From: Nitrospinota bacterium
GTDB lineage: Bacteria; Nitrospinota_A; UBA7883; JACRLM01
NCBI GenBank assembly: GCA_016235255.1
Contig: JACRLM010000087.1
Span: 542 to 64,541 of the forward strand
Direction: 5' to 3'
DNA length: 64,000 bases
The notes beneath the pieces were generated by a model. It was not told the DNA's origin. It ran no database searches and saw only the letters and a program-made list of their open reading frames with translations. Of the stretch, positions 26,940 through 35,682 are shown piece by piece. Position numbers and translations under genes: made by a program. Numbering within the stretch: the first letter of the stretch is position 1; each line of letters starts with the position of its first letter.

Positions 26940-27889
26940 CCAAATGACGGGGTGGCGATCGTCCCGTTGATTTTCACTATTGTGGCGCCGTCCGGCCCTT
27001 TCGGGAAGAATGACAGCAACGGCGAAAGCTTCTCCCCAAGCTGGCCTGTCAGGCGGATGTGCGCCTTCAAGGCAAGCCGGGAAAACCGGGGATCGGGCGC
27101 GGGGATGATTTCACCCTCCACCGAAAAGTCGAACATCGGCCCCTTGAACTCGCACCGGTTGAAAACGGCCTTGCCGGACTTGAGGACTATGTCCACAATA
27201 CCGGAATCTATCGGTGTTTCGCCCAATGGGCCGACAAGCACCTTTGACAACATCAGCGACCCGGACGAAAGGGTCGCCTTGAAGCTTCCGTCACCTTTAA
27301 TAAGCCCGGCGGCGGGGAGCGATATCTCACCGTATCCGTCCACTCGGCCGCGCACCTTGCCCCACCCCTCCTCTTTCCATATGGACATAAGCGCCGGATT
27401 CACGCCATCGAGCTCAAGGGTGAGTTTTGAGCCATCCTTGCCGAATCCGGAGCCGGCAAAATAAATCCAGCCGTCCAGAGTGGACGCCGAAATGGAGATG
27501 CCTTTTTTCAACATCAGCGCCGAGAGTATGGATGGCCGGGCGGTGACGCTTCTGGCGGAGAGTATCTCCACGTTACGCCCCGGATCGGGGAGCGATATTG
27601 CCGCATCGTAAAGTTTGACGCCGGGGGGGAAAGATAACGACGCGTCTTTCGCTTTTATAATCACCGGAGCTCCGGTGGAAACTTTTTCGACGACGGACAT
27701 CAGGATGTCCGACGGGAACCGGACATAGAAAAACACCGCGAACGCCGCGATAAAGAAAAATATGTAGCCCGAATAGCGCGAAAGCTCCGGCATGTCCGAA
27801 AGCCGAGATTTCACCTTTTCCAGCGCCGGGCGCAGCCATGCCGGGACTTTAATTTGCGGGGCTTTCAATTTTGACATCACCGCTTTCAT
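26936..27889 (-). CDS. gspN: Type II secretion system protein GspN
   Basis: N-terminal TM anchor; 317 aa; last gene of the gsp cluster after gspM; GspN-like composition. Confidence 0.6.
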   Translation of the reverse strand: MKAVMSKLKAPQIKVPAWLRPALEKVKSRLSDMPELSRYSGYIFFFIAAFAVFFYVRFPSDILMSVVEKVSTGAPVIIKAKDASLSFPPGVKLYDAAISLPDPGRNVEILSARSVTARPSILSALMLKKGISISASTLDGWIYFAGSGFGKDGSKLTLELDGVNPALMSIWKEEGWGKVRGRVDGYGEISLPAAGLIKGDGSFKATLSSGSLMLSKVLVGPLGETPIDSGIVDIVLKSGKAVFNRCEFKGPMFDFSVEGEIIPAPDPRFSRLALKAHIRLTGQLGEKLSPLLSFFPKGPDGATIVKINGTIATPSFG

Positions 27890-28431
27890 TGCGCAGCCTC
27901 ATATCCCGCGATTGTTATGGAGACGTCCAGAAGCGACGGATCCTTGAATTGGGGTTTTATGGAGACCCGTTTCACCCGGAGAGACGCATCGGAATTGCGC
28001 ACTCCTTCGGCGAACCGCACCAGCCGCGCCAGCGTGATCTTCTGCATGTTCACGTCCAGAAGCGTTTCTTTGATGTTCCCGGCGGTCTGCGGCTGCTGGG
28101 GTGTTATCCCGGTGATGTTTTCCCGCGCCCCGGTCATCTGCGCCAGCCCCTCTATTTCCCCCACCAGCGAAAGTCCCTGCGGGCGGCGGCGCACGTCCGC
28201 CTCCAGTTTATTAAGACCGGCGCGCAACGACTCCATCCTTCCGGAAAGCGCCGAAGCTTCGGCCAGCTCTTCGGCCTTGGTCTCTATCTTATTTTTCATG
28301 GTGGCCCGCCGCGCCGCAAGTGGCTCATAAACGCCCACCCATAGGATGGTGAGGGCGATGAACGCCGCCGCCGCCATCACCATGTTGCGCTCCCTGGGCT
28401 CCATGTTCCGGATGTTATTCATCGAAATCAT
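27886..28431 (-). CDS. gspM: Type II secretion system protein GspM
   Basis: 181 aa bitopic protein with TM helix and coiled-coil; between gspL and gspN. Confidence 0.65.
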   Translation of the reverse strand: MISMNNIRNMEPRERNMVMAAAAFIALTILWVGVYEPLAARRATMKNKIETKAEELAEASALSGRMESLRAGLNKLEADVRRRPQGLSLVGEIEGLAQMTGARENITGITPQQPQTAGNIKETLLDVNMQKITLARLVRFAEGVRNSDASLRVKRVSIKPQFKDPSLLDVSITIAGYEAAQ

Positions 28432-28435
28432 ATTT

Positions 28436-29941
28436 TCAGTTGGCCTCCAGCGAAATCTTGAAGTCCACCGATTGGCCTGTGGCAGAGGCCTTCACCCCTT
28501 CCACCGCCGCTTTTTTCACCCATCCAAGTTTCTCCAGCCGCTTTTTGTATAGCTCCACCTTGTCGAAAGACTCGGTCCTGCCGGTGATAGAAACTTTGCC
28601 CCACTCGTATGTCAGTTCGTCCGTGTCCAGCCGGGTGTTCTCCGGGACGGAGGATGTTATTTCCCCAAGCCTGTCGAGGAACGGATCTTTTTCCGCAAGC
28701 GCCGGGCCAAGGGCGCCCGCCCTGTTCTCCATGTCCTTCAGGCTGCTTTTCATCTGCTGGATTTCGGATACGATGTTGGTCACCTCCGGCATCGCGCGCT
28801 TGAACTCCGCCCGCAGCGCGGTCTTCAATCCATCGTACTTGCGTCCAAGCCTGATCTCCCCGGATATGTACGATATGGCCCCGGCCGCCAATAGAATCGC
28901 CAGCAATACACCGGTGACGGCGATTTGCCTCCTGTCGCCTGTGAACCGTTTCTTTTTTGCGAACTGGCCTGTGCGAAGGTTCATGACCGTCTTTTCCCGG
29001 CTGTCCATGGACTCGCAAACCGCCACCGCCGCCCCAAGCGCCGCCGCGAAAACCGGGGCCTTTTCTTGCGGCGTCATCGGGATGGATGAATCCACTCTCT
29101 CCACCACAAAGCCAAGCTCCTCCTCCAGCGCCCACCCGACGGCCTGCGCGTTTCCGATCTCTCCGCAAATGATCACATTTTTTACGGGGGTGAAACTTTC
29201 GTCGTCACGGGCGGCGGCGATTTGCGCCATTTTTATTTCTCTTGAAACGTCATTTGCGAATTTTTTTAGCGGCTTGTCCCAATTGGCCTTCAAGCTCTCA
29301 AGTTTCCCGCCCGTCCCGGTTTTCAGCGCCTTGTCGTGGCTCAAAATGGTTTCCACATCAACAGGCGCGGTGTGGAACAAGGCGGCGGCGCCGTTTTTCA
29401 ATATCACTATGCTTGCGTTCTTATTGTCAAATTCCAGCGCAAGAGCCCACGTGGCGGCGGGATTGGCAACGGATTGCGAGATGGCGGCCTGGGATGGAAT
29501 TATCCAGTCCGGGTCCGCTCCGGAAATTTTCAGCGTCTCGATGAACGCGGCCATGTCGCTTTTAAGGGCAAGCGCGCCTAAAACGCGGGTGATCCCGGAG
29601 TTCACCTCGACAGGCGACCACGCGCACACAAAATCGTCCGCATCGAAAGGTGAAAGCGACTCCAGCTCGAACGGCAGCGCGTCGCTTATCTGGCGCGCTT
29701 TTACGAAGGGCATGCGCACAGAGCGGCTGGTGATCTTGTCCGCCGGGAAAACCGCCGCCACATGGTCTTCCGCAGGATCGAAATCAAGGCTCCGCAGGGC
29801 GCCAGAAAGCGTTGCCTCGATTTTGCCGGGCGTATCCAGGCCGAACTTGACGACATTCCGCACCTCGTGGCCCCGGAAACGCTTTTCCACCACGGCAACC
29901 TTGATGTTTGCCGTCCCGATGTCTATCCCGAATATTCGCAT
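28436..29941 (-). CDS. gspL: Type II secretion system protein GspL (PilM-like cytoplasmic actin-fold domain + TM + periplasmic domain)
   Basis: MRIFGIDIGTANIKVAVVE actin-like N-terminus, central TM helix, periplasmic C-terminus; position after gspK. Confidence 0.75.
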   Translation of the reverse strand: MRIFGIDIGTANIKVAVVEKRFRGHEVRNVVKFGLDTPGKIEATLSGALRSLDFDPAEDHVAAVFPADKITSRSVRMPFVKARQISDALPFELESLSPFDADDFVCAWSPVEVNSGITRVLGALALKSDMAAFIETLKISGADPDWIIPSQAAISQSVANPAATWALALEFDNKNASIVILKNGAAALFHTAPVDVETILSHDKALKTGTGGKLESLKANWDKPLKKFANDVSREIKMAQIAAARDDESFTPVKNVIICGEIGNAQAVGWALEEELGFVVERVDSSIPMTPQEKAPVFAAALGAAVAVCESMDSREKTVMNLRTGQFAKKKRFTGDRRQIAVTGVLLAILLAAGAISYISGEIRLGRKYDGLKTALRAEFKRAMPEVTNIVSEIQQMKSSLKDMENRAGALGPALAEKDPFLDRLGEITSSVPENTRLDTDELTYEWGKVSITGRTESFDKVELYKKRLEKLGWVKKAAVEGVKASATGQSVDFKISLEAN

Positions 29942-29942
29942 T

Positions 29943-30875
29943 TTAAAACACCTTGTAGTAAAGCACGTCCACCGAGCTTGAGCTGCGCCGGTAAACCGCG
30001 CGGATCATCCGGGACGTTTCGCCGAATGTGGCGGCCGACTCGGCGGAGTAATAGTCGCTTTTCACTCCGATAAGGAGCGATATTTTCGGATACAGGTCCG
30101 AAACGCCCGGCACGCGCTTGATATCTTCCTTCACGGTGAAAGGGCTGGCCGTCCGCTCCCGGATTATCCCCTTGGCCACATCATCGCTGATGTCTTCGTC
30201 CAGGGCCATTAGCACCTTCTCCTCCGCCGTGTTTGCGTTGACGGCCCCCTCCGACCACACCGTGACGTACGGGCGAAGCTTGCGTATTGTTTCCGGGGCG
30301 AATCCTTTTACCAGCGCAAGCTCGTCCACGGAGTCGAGCCTGGCGTTCTTGGCCTTGTACGGTTTTTTAAGCGAAAGGTAATAGCCGTCCTCGGCCCCGT
30401 TGGAGCGCGGCTCCGGGTTGGAGTCCATCCAGTCCACAAGGCTATCGGCCAGTCCTTCGTCCAGCTCCAGTATCTTGAGAAGCCGCTGGAATACAGGGAT
30501 CCATCTGTCTTCCGGATAGCCCCTGTCGGATGTGAGCCTGTTCAAGTCCAGCTTGCCGGACTCGTCCCGTATGGACACGAAAGCATATTCGTCGTCCAGC
30601 GGTATGGGAATGGAGCTTTGAGCCCACTCGTCCGTGAGCGCGTCCCGGGGCAATCCCTTTTTCGCGTCCTCCATCAGGATAAGTTTGGCCGCCGCCTGGC
30701 CGGAGCGGGCGGCGTACAGCGCGCGCGTGTCGTCCCGGAAACCGGCCGCCAGCGCCGATTGTATCCACGCCTTGTTGAACATGTCGAAAATGGCGATGGT
30801 CAATAGCGCCACCACGGTGATGGTGAGGATCAGGGCCATCCCCCCCCTGTTGGACAAAGGACGCGCGATTCTCAT
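29943..30875 (-). CDS. gspK: Type II secretion minor pseudopilin GspK
   Basis: MALILTITVVALLTIAIF hydrophobic N-terminus without the conserved Glu5; GspK-like domain; 310 aa. Confidence 0.75.
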   Translation of the reverse strand: MRIARPLSNRGGMALILTITVVALLTIAIFDMFNKAWIQSALAAGFRDDTRALYAARSGQAAAKLILMEDAKKGLPRDALTDEWAQSSIPIPLDDEYAFVSIRDESGKLDLNRLTSDRGYPEDRWIPVFQRLLKILELDEGLADSLVDWMDSNPEPRSNGAEDGYYLSLKKPYKAKNARLDSVDELALVKGFAPETIRKLRPYVTVWSEGAVNANTAEEKVLMALDEDISDDVAKGIIRERTASPFTVKEDIKRVPGVSDLYPKISLLIGVKSDYYSAESAATFGETSRMIRAVYRRSSSSVDVLYYKVF

Positions 30876-31507
30876 GATTTCCCCCCCACGGGCATGAGCG
30901 CCTGTTTTTTCACGGAGCGGCCCGTTTCATCGGCCAGCTCAAATTCGAGGCTCACCGCCTGGGGAAGCGCGCCCCCCTTGTTTTTCGAATCGTATGTGTC
31001 CGCCCACTCGCCGTTGGCGTAATAGCGCAGGCGGAAAGATTTGATTTTGTCCGTCACCTCCATCGCTCCGGCCATTTCTTTGGACGACTCCAGGTCGATT
31101 ACGTACGGATTTTCGGAGCGGACGAGGGTGAGTATTTTCGTTTCCGGATCGGAGACGGTGTACCAGACGATCTGCGCCTGGTCGCTCCCCGTGTCCGGCC
31201 CTGCCATACGGCCGCCAAAGCCCGTGAATTTCAGCTGGCTTAACTCCTCGCCGCCGATTTTCTCCCCCTTGCCGGAAAAGATTCCCTGGGTGTTGTTCGT
31301 GTACATTGCGGCGGACGAAAGGTCCTCGGACATCTTGCGGATGATAAAGCGCGCCGTGTGATAAAGCTCCGCCTGCTCCTCCACCCCCCGCCCCGCGCCC
31401 AGCACGGCGGAGAAGGAGCCGAACACCATTGTGCCGATGATGGCCATGATCGCCACCGCGATAAGCGTCTCGATCAGCGTGAAGCCCGTTTTGTGTCCCG
31501 TTTTCAT
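30872..31507 (-). CDS. gspJ: Type II secretion minor pseudopilin GspJ
   Basis: Prepilin leader + GFTLIETLIAVAIMAI. Confidence 0.8.
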   Translation of the reverse strand: MKTGHKTGFTLIETLIAVAIMAIIGTMVFGSFSAVLGAGRGVEEQAELYHTARFIIRKMSEDLSSAAMYTNNTQGIFSGKGEKIGGEELSQLKFTGFGGRMAGPDTGSDQAQIVWYTVSDPETKILTLVRSENPYVIDLESSKEMAGAMEVTDKIKSFRLRYYANGEWADTYDSKNKGGALPQAVSLEFELADETGRSVKKQALMPVGGKS

Positions 31508-31893
31508 TTCTGCATGTACGCCTTGAGCCTGAAAATCCGGCGCTCTTTCCCGTCATTTGCGCCAAACACATAAACGCCCGTCTCCCACACGCCGCCAAAG
31601 GGGGTCTCCTTCACCTCCACGCGCCAGGCGTAGGCCGGATAGTCCTCCCGCGTCTTTTTCTCCGAGACCCCAGCCTCCGGCAATTGGCCCATGTAAAGTT
31701 TCTCCATCTCCTCGCGCCCCAGCGTCACCGCGTCGGTGAGCGAGACCGCCTCCGCATTCATCAAAAGCGCCTTGTTGTTCGCCGAAAGCAGCGTCACCAG
31801 CGCGATGGAAAGTATCGCCATGGCCACCACCACCTCCAGCAGGGTGAACCCCGCCGTGTCAAACAGGCCTGGCCGTGAATATCTTGAGCGCAT
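31504..31893 (-). CDS. gspI: Type II secretion minor pseudopilin GspI
   Basis: GFTLLEVVVAMAILSIAL prepilin N-terminus; 129 aa. Confidence 0.8.
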   Translation of the reverse strand: MRSRYSRPGLFDTAGFTLLEVVVAMAILSIALVTLLSANNKALLMNAEAVSLTDAVTLGREEMEKLYMGQLPEAGVSEKKTREDYPAYAWRVEVKETPFGGVWETGVYVFGANDGKERRIFRLKAYMQK

Positions 31894-32380
31894 GGTAACC
31901 TTCCAATATTTTCACCCGCCCCGTGAGCGGCGCCACGGTGAGCGTCATCTCTCGCCCCGCCTCGTCGGTCAGGTATATGGCCGCCTCCTCGGTGAACCCT
32001 CCGGGATAAAAGTGGATCGCCGCTTCGCCTTTCACCGCCTTGCCCTCCCCGGCGGTCTGCACGCCGGCGATATGCAGTTGGCCGGAAAGCTTCGTCTTTT
32101 TGGCAAAGGGCAGCCGCGTCTCCTCGAAAACGTTCTCCTTGTTCAAAAGCCACACGTTAAACTCGTTTTTCTCCATGTCCATCGTCAGCCGGTACACCAT
32201 GCCGGTGGCCGCCGCCCTGTCGTACATGTACGATATGGTACCGGCGATCTTCCGCGCCCCGTACTTCAGCCGCGATGCGCCCACGTCCGGCAGACGCGGC
32301 ACGAGCAGCCCCGCCATGACGGCGATGATCACCATCACCACCATAATCTCGATGAGCGTGAACCCGCCGCGCCGCCGCAT
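31859..32380 (-). CDS. gspH: Type II secretion minor pseudopilin GspH
   Basis: MRRRGGFTLIEIMVVMVIIAV prepilin N-terminus; 173 aa. Confidence 0.8.
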   Translation of the reverse strand: MRRRGGFTLIEIMVVMVIIAVMAGLLVPRLPDVGASRLKYGARKIAGTISYMYDRAAATGMVYRLTMDMEKNEFNVWLLNKENVFEETRLPFAKKTKLSGQLHIAGVQTAGEGKAVKGEAAIHFYPGGFTEEAAIYLTDEAGREMTLTVAPLTGRVKILEGYHALKIFTARPV

Positions 32381-32385
32381 GGCCG

Positions 32386-32823
32386 TCAGTCTATCTCCCA
32401 GCTGTTGATGTCGGCGTTGTTCCCTTCGCCGCCGATCTCGCCGTCGGAACCTTTGGACACAAGGTCATACTCGCCGCGGGTTCCCGGTGAGATGTACATA
32501 TACTCGTTCCCCCACGGATCTTTCGGCGTCTTGGCAAGATATCCTTCCGGCCGCCAGTTTTTGGGGATCTGGCCGGAGGTGGGCTTGCTCACCAGGGCCG
32601 TAAGGCCCATTTCCGTCGTGGGGAAAACTCCATTGTCTATCTTGTACATGTTTAGCGCGGTCTCTATCGCCTTGATGTCCGTCTTTGTCTTCGTGATGCG
32701 CGCCTCTTCCGGCCGCCCCATGATCCGGGGGACGATCACCGTGGCCAGTATGCCAAGGATCACCACCACAACGAGTATCTCTATAAGCGTGAAGCCGGCG
32801 CGGCTCCTTTGTGCCAATGTCAT
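32386..32823 (-). CDS. gspG: Type II secretion major pseudopilin GspG
   Basis: [57 protein letters not shown] is a canonical GspG sequence. Confidence 0.9.
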   Translation of the reverse strand: MTLAQRSRAGFTLIEILVVVVILGILATVIVPRIMGRPEEARITKTKTDIKAIETALNMYKIDNGVFPTTEMGLTALVSKPTSGQIPKNWRPEGYLAKTPKDPWGNEYMYISPGTRGEYDLVSKGSDGEIGGEGNNADINSWEID

Positions 32824-32842
32824 TTTGCCTCTTCTCCTTTAT

Positions 32843-34060
32843 CTATTTGACCACCTGGCTTAACTCGAATATGGGGAGCAGTATGGCCATGACTATAAAG
32901 CCGACCACCGCCCCCATCACCAATATGAGCACAGGCTCCACCAGCGACGTTATCGCCGACAGGGCCGTTTCCACCTCGAATTCGTACGCGTCGGATATTT
33001 TTTCCAGCATGTCCGGCAGCGACCCGGTGCGCTCCCCGGCGTCTATCATCTGCGTCACCAGCGGAGGGAAAAGCCCGGAGCGGCGCAATGGCGCGGCGAT
33101 GGGCTGGCCCTCGGTGATGTTCACGATCGCCCCTTCGATGGCCTTTTCGATAAGGGTGTTCCCCACCACACCGCCGGTCACCTTCAAAGATTCAATCAGC
33201 GGCACCCCCCCTTTAAGCAGCGTGGACAGCGCCCTGGCGAACCTGCCGATGGCGGCTGCCCGCGCCAATTCTCCGAACACGGGCAATTTTAAAATCGCCG
33301 TATCAAAACGTTCCTTGCCCTCTTTGGTCTTAAGGTGGCGCTTGATCCATATTCCAAGCCCGATCAGGATCCCTATCAGCGCCCACCACCATTTTGAAAG
33401 GATGTCCGATACGAACAGCAATATGACGGTGGGCATGGGCAGCCCCTGGCGCATGTCCTCGAACATGGACTGCACCTTGGGGGTGACGTACGCCAGCAGG
33501 TACAGCAGCACACCGCTTCCGATCAGTGTCATCACCGCCGGGTATATCATCGCCGCCGTGACCTTGGAACGTTGCCGGAGCCGTTCCTCGCCGAAGGTGG
33601 CAAGGCGGTTGAGCGTCACGTCCAGCGACCCGGATGCCTCTCCGGCCCGCACAAGGTTCACATACAGCGGATCAAACTGGTCCGGATATTCCGCCATCGC
33701 CCCGGCCAATGGTGAACCTTGCATCACCTTTTCGCGGATGCCGGTGACGATTTTCTTGAACCGCACGTTCAAAGTCTGCTCGATGAGCGCGTCCAAAGAC
33801 TCCACCAGCGTCAGCCCTCCGGTGGAAAGGGTGGCCAGATGCCGGGTGAACACGATGACGTCCTTTGTGGATATGCGGTCGGTAAGGCTTTTAAGCGGAT
33901 TGGCCAGAAGCTCCCGCCGCCCGGTGTCCTCCGCCAGGGTGGTTATCAAAAGGCCCTTCTGTTTGAGCTTCGTACGGGCGGAGCGGGGGCTGTCCGCGTC
34001 TATGATCCCGGCGGCTTTGGCCCCGGCCGTGTCGTAACCTTTATATTCGAATACCGGCAT
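32843..34060 (-). CDS. gspF: Type II secretion inner-membrane platform protein GspF
   Basis: 405 aa; two GspF/PilC repeats and three TM segments. Confidence 0.85.
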   Translation of the reverse strand: MPVFEYKGYDTAGAKAAGIIDADSPRSARTKLKQKGLLITTLAEDTGRRELLANPLKSLTDRISTKDVIVFTRHLATLSTGGLTLVESLDALIEQTLNVRFKKIVTGIREKVMQGSPLAGAMAEYPDQFDPLYVNLVRAGEASGSLDVTLNRLATFGEERLRQRSKVTAAMIYPAVMTLIGSGVLLYLLAYVTPKVQSMFEDMRQGLPMPTVILLFVSDILSKWWWALIGILIGLGIWIKRHLKTKEGKERFDTAILKLPVFGELARAAAIGRFARALSTLLKGGVPLIESLKVTGGVVGNTLIEKAIEGAIVNITEGQPIAAPLRRSGLFPPLVTQMIDAGERTGSLPDMLEKISDAYEFEVETALSAITSLVEPVLILVMGAVVGFIVMAILLPIFELSQVVK

Positions 34061-34074
34061 CGTCTATACCTTCA

Positions 34075-35682
34075 TCAATCCCAGTCCGATGTGACCCGCA
34101 CAACTTCTTCAAGCGATGTGGCCCCGGACATCACGCTCTCCGCCGCCTGTTCCCGCATGCTCTTAAAGCCCTTGGCGGCGGCGGCGCGGCGTATCATGGA
34201 AGCGTCCGCCCGCTGCGTTATCAGCGAGCGGATCTCATCGTCTATCAGCAGCACCTCGAAAATGCCAAGCCGCCCTTTGTATCCGGAGTTCGCGCATTCG
34301 GCGCATCCGGCCGGATGGTAAAAGACCGTGTCCGGGGCGAATCTTCCCCGGTCCACCCCGAGTTTTGCGAAATGTTCATCGCTAGGTTTATATTGTTTTC
34401 TGCACGCGGGACATAGCGAGCGCACCAGTCTTTGCGCCAGCGAGGCTGTGAGGGACGAGGAGATCAGGAAAGGCTCTATCCCCATGTCCACAAGCCGTGT
34501 GACGGCCCCGGCGGCGTCGTTCGTATGTATGGTGGAGAAGACAAGGTGGCCTGTGAGCGCCGCCTGCACCGCTATCTGCGCCGTCTCCCTGTCGCGTATT
34601 TCGCCCACCATTATCACGTCAGGATCCTGCCTTAGTATGGAGCGGAGCCCGGAGGCGAATGTGAGCCCCACCTTGGCGTTCACCTGCATTTGCCCGATCC
34701 CGCCCAGCTGGTATTCCACCGGGTCTTCCACGGTGATGATGTTCTTGTCCGGCGAGTTGATGGACGATAGCGCCGAATACAGCGTGGTGGTCTTGCCCGA
34801 TCCCGTGGGACCTGAGACCAGGATGATCCCGTGGGGGGAGCGGATGAGTTTTTCTATCACGTCCCGTACGTCCGCTGGCATCCCAAGCTGGCCGAAGCCG
34901 ACGAGCATGGTGGACTTGTCCAGAAGGCGCATCACCACCCGCTCCCCGTGGGAGGTGGGGATAACGCTCACGCGCACGTCTATCTCCTTGCCCGCGATGA
35001 CGATCTTGAGCCTGCCGTCCTGCGGCAGCCGCTTTTCCGCGATGTCGAGCCCGGCCATGATCTTTATGCGCGACACGATGAGAGACTGGAATTTCTTCGG
35101 CGGCTTGACCACGTTTCGCAGCGTACCATCTATGCGAAACCGCACCGCAAGGTCGCGCTCGTATGGCTCTATATGTATGTCCGACGCTTTTTCCTTTGCC
35201 GACTGCACAAGGATGGAATTTACCAGCCGTATCACCGGCGCCTCGGCGGACGTTTCCAGCAGGTCCTCCGGCAGGTCGTGGACTATGGCCGAAAGGTCCG
35301 CCTCGCCGGCGATGTCGCTCATGATCTCGTTGGCTGATCCGGCGGACATGTCATAGGCCTTGTTGATGGCGTCCATCAGCCCGTCCAAGTCCGTGGCCAC
35401 GGCCTCCACCGGCACGCCGTAGATAAGCCGCAAGTCCGCCATTGGGCGCGGATCGTCCGGCCTGCCGGTTGCCACCACAAGACGCCCTTCCTCAAGCTTT
35501 AACGGCAGCAGTATGTTGTCCCTTGCGAACTGGAACGGCGTTCTGGCCACAAGCTCCGGGTCCAGCGATTTAACGTCCACCGCTTCAATCCAGCCGAGGC
35601 CAAGCTCGTCGGCGATGGCCCTGTTTGGCGAAACGGAGCCGCTTTCACCCGGGGCCAGCGCTGTGTCCGGTCCGGAGTTCAT
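34075..35682 (-). CDS. gspE: Type II secretion ATPase GspE
   Basis: N1E domain; Walker A GPTGSGKTTTLY; Asp/His boxes; tetracysteine motif CPACRKQ...CAEC. Confidence 0.9.
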   Translation of the reverse strand: MNSGPDTALAPGESGSVSPNRAIADELGLGWIEAVDVKSLDPELVARTPFQFARDNILLPLKLEEGRLVVATGRPDDPRPMADLRLIYGVPVEAVATDLDGLMDAINKAYDMSAGSANEIMSDIAGEADLSAIVHDLPEDLLETSAEAPVIRLVNSILVQSAKEKASDIHIEPYERDLAVRFRIDGTLRNVVKPPKKFQSLIVSRIKIMAGLDIAEKRLPQDGRLKIVIAGKEIDVRVSVIPTSHGERVVMRLLDKSTMLVGFGQLGMPADVRDVIEKLIRSPHGIILVSGPTGSGKTTTLYSALSSINSPDKNIITVEDPVEYQLGGIGQMQVNAKVGLTFASGLRSILRQDPDVIMVGEIRDRETAQIAVQAALTGHLVFSTIHTNDAAGAVTRLVDMGIEPFLISSSLTASLAQRLVRSLCPACRKQYKPSDEHFAKLGVDRGRFAPDTVFYHPAGCAECANSGYKGRLGIFEVLLIDDEIRSLITQRADASMIRRAAAAKGFKSMREQAAESVMSGATSLEEVVRVTSDWD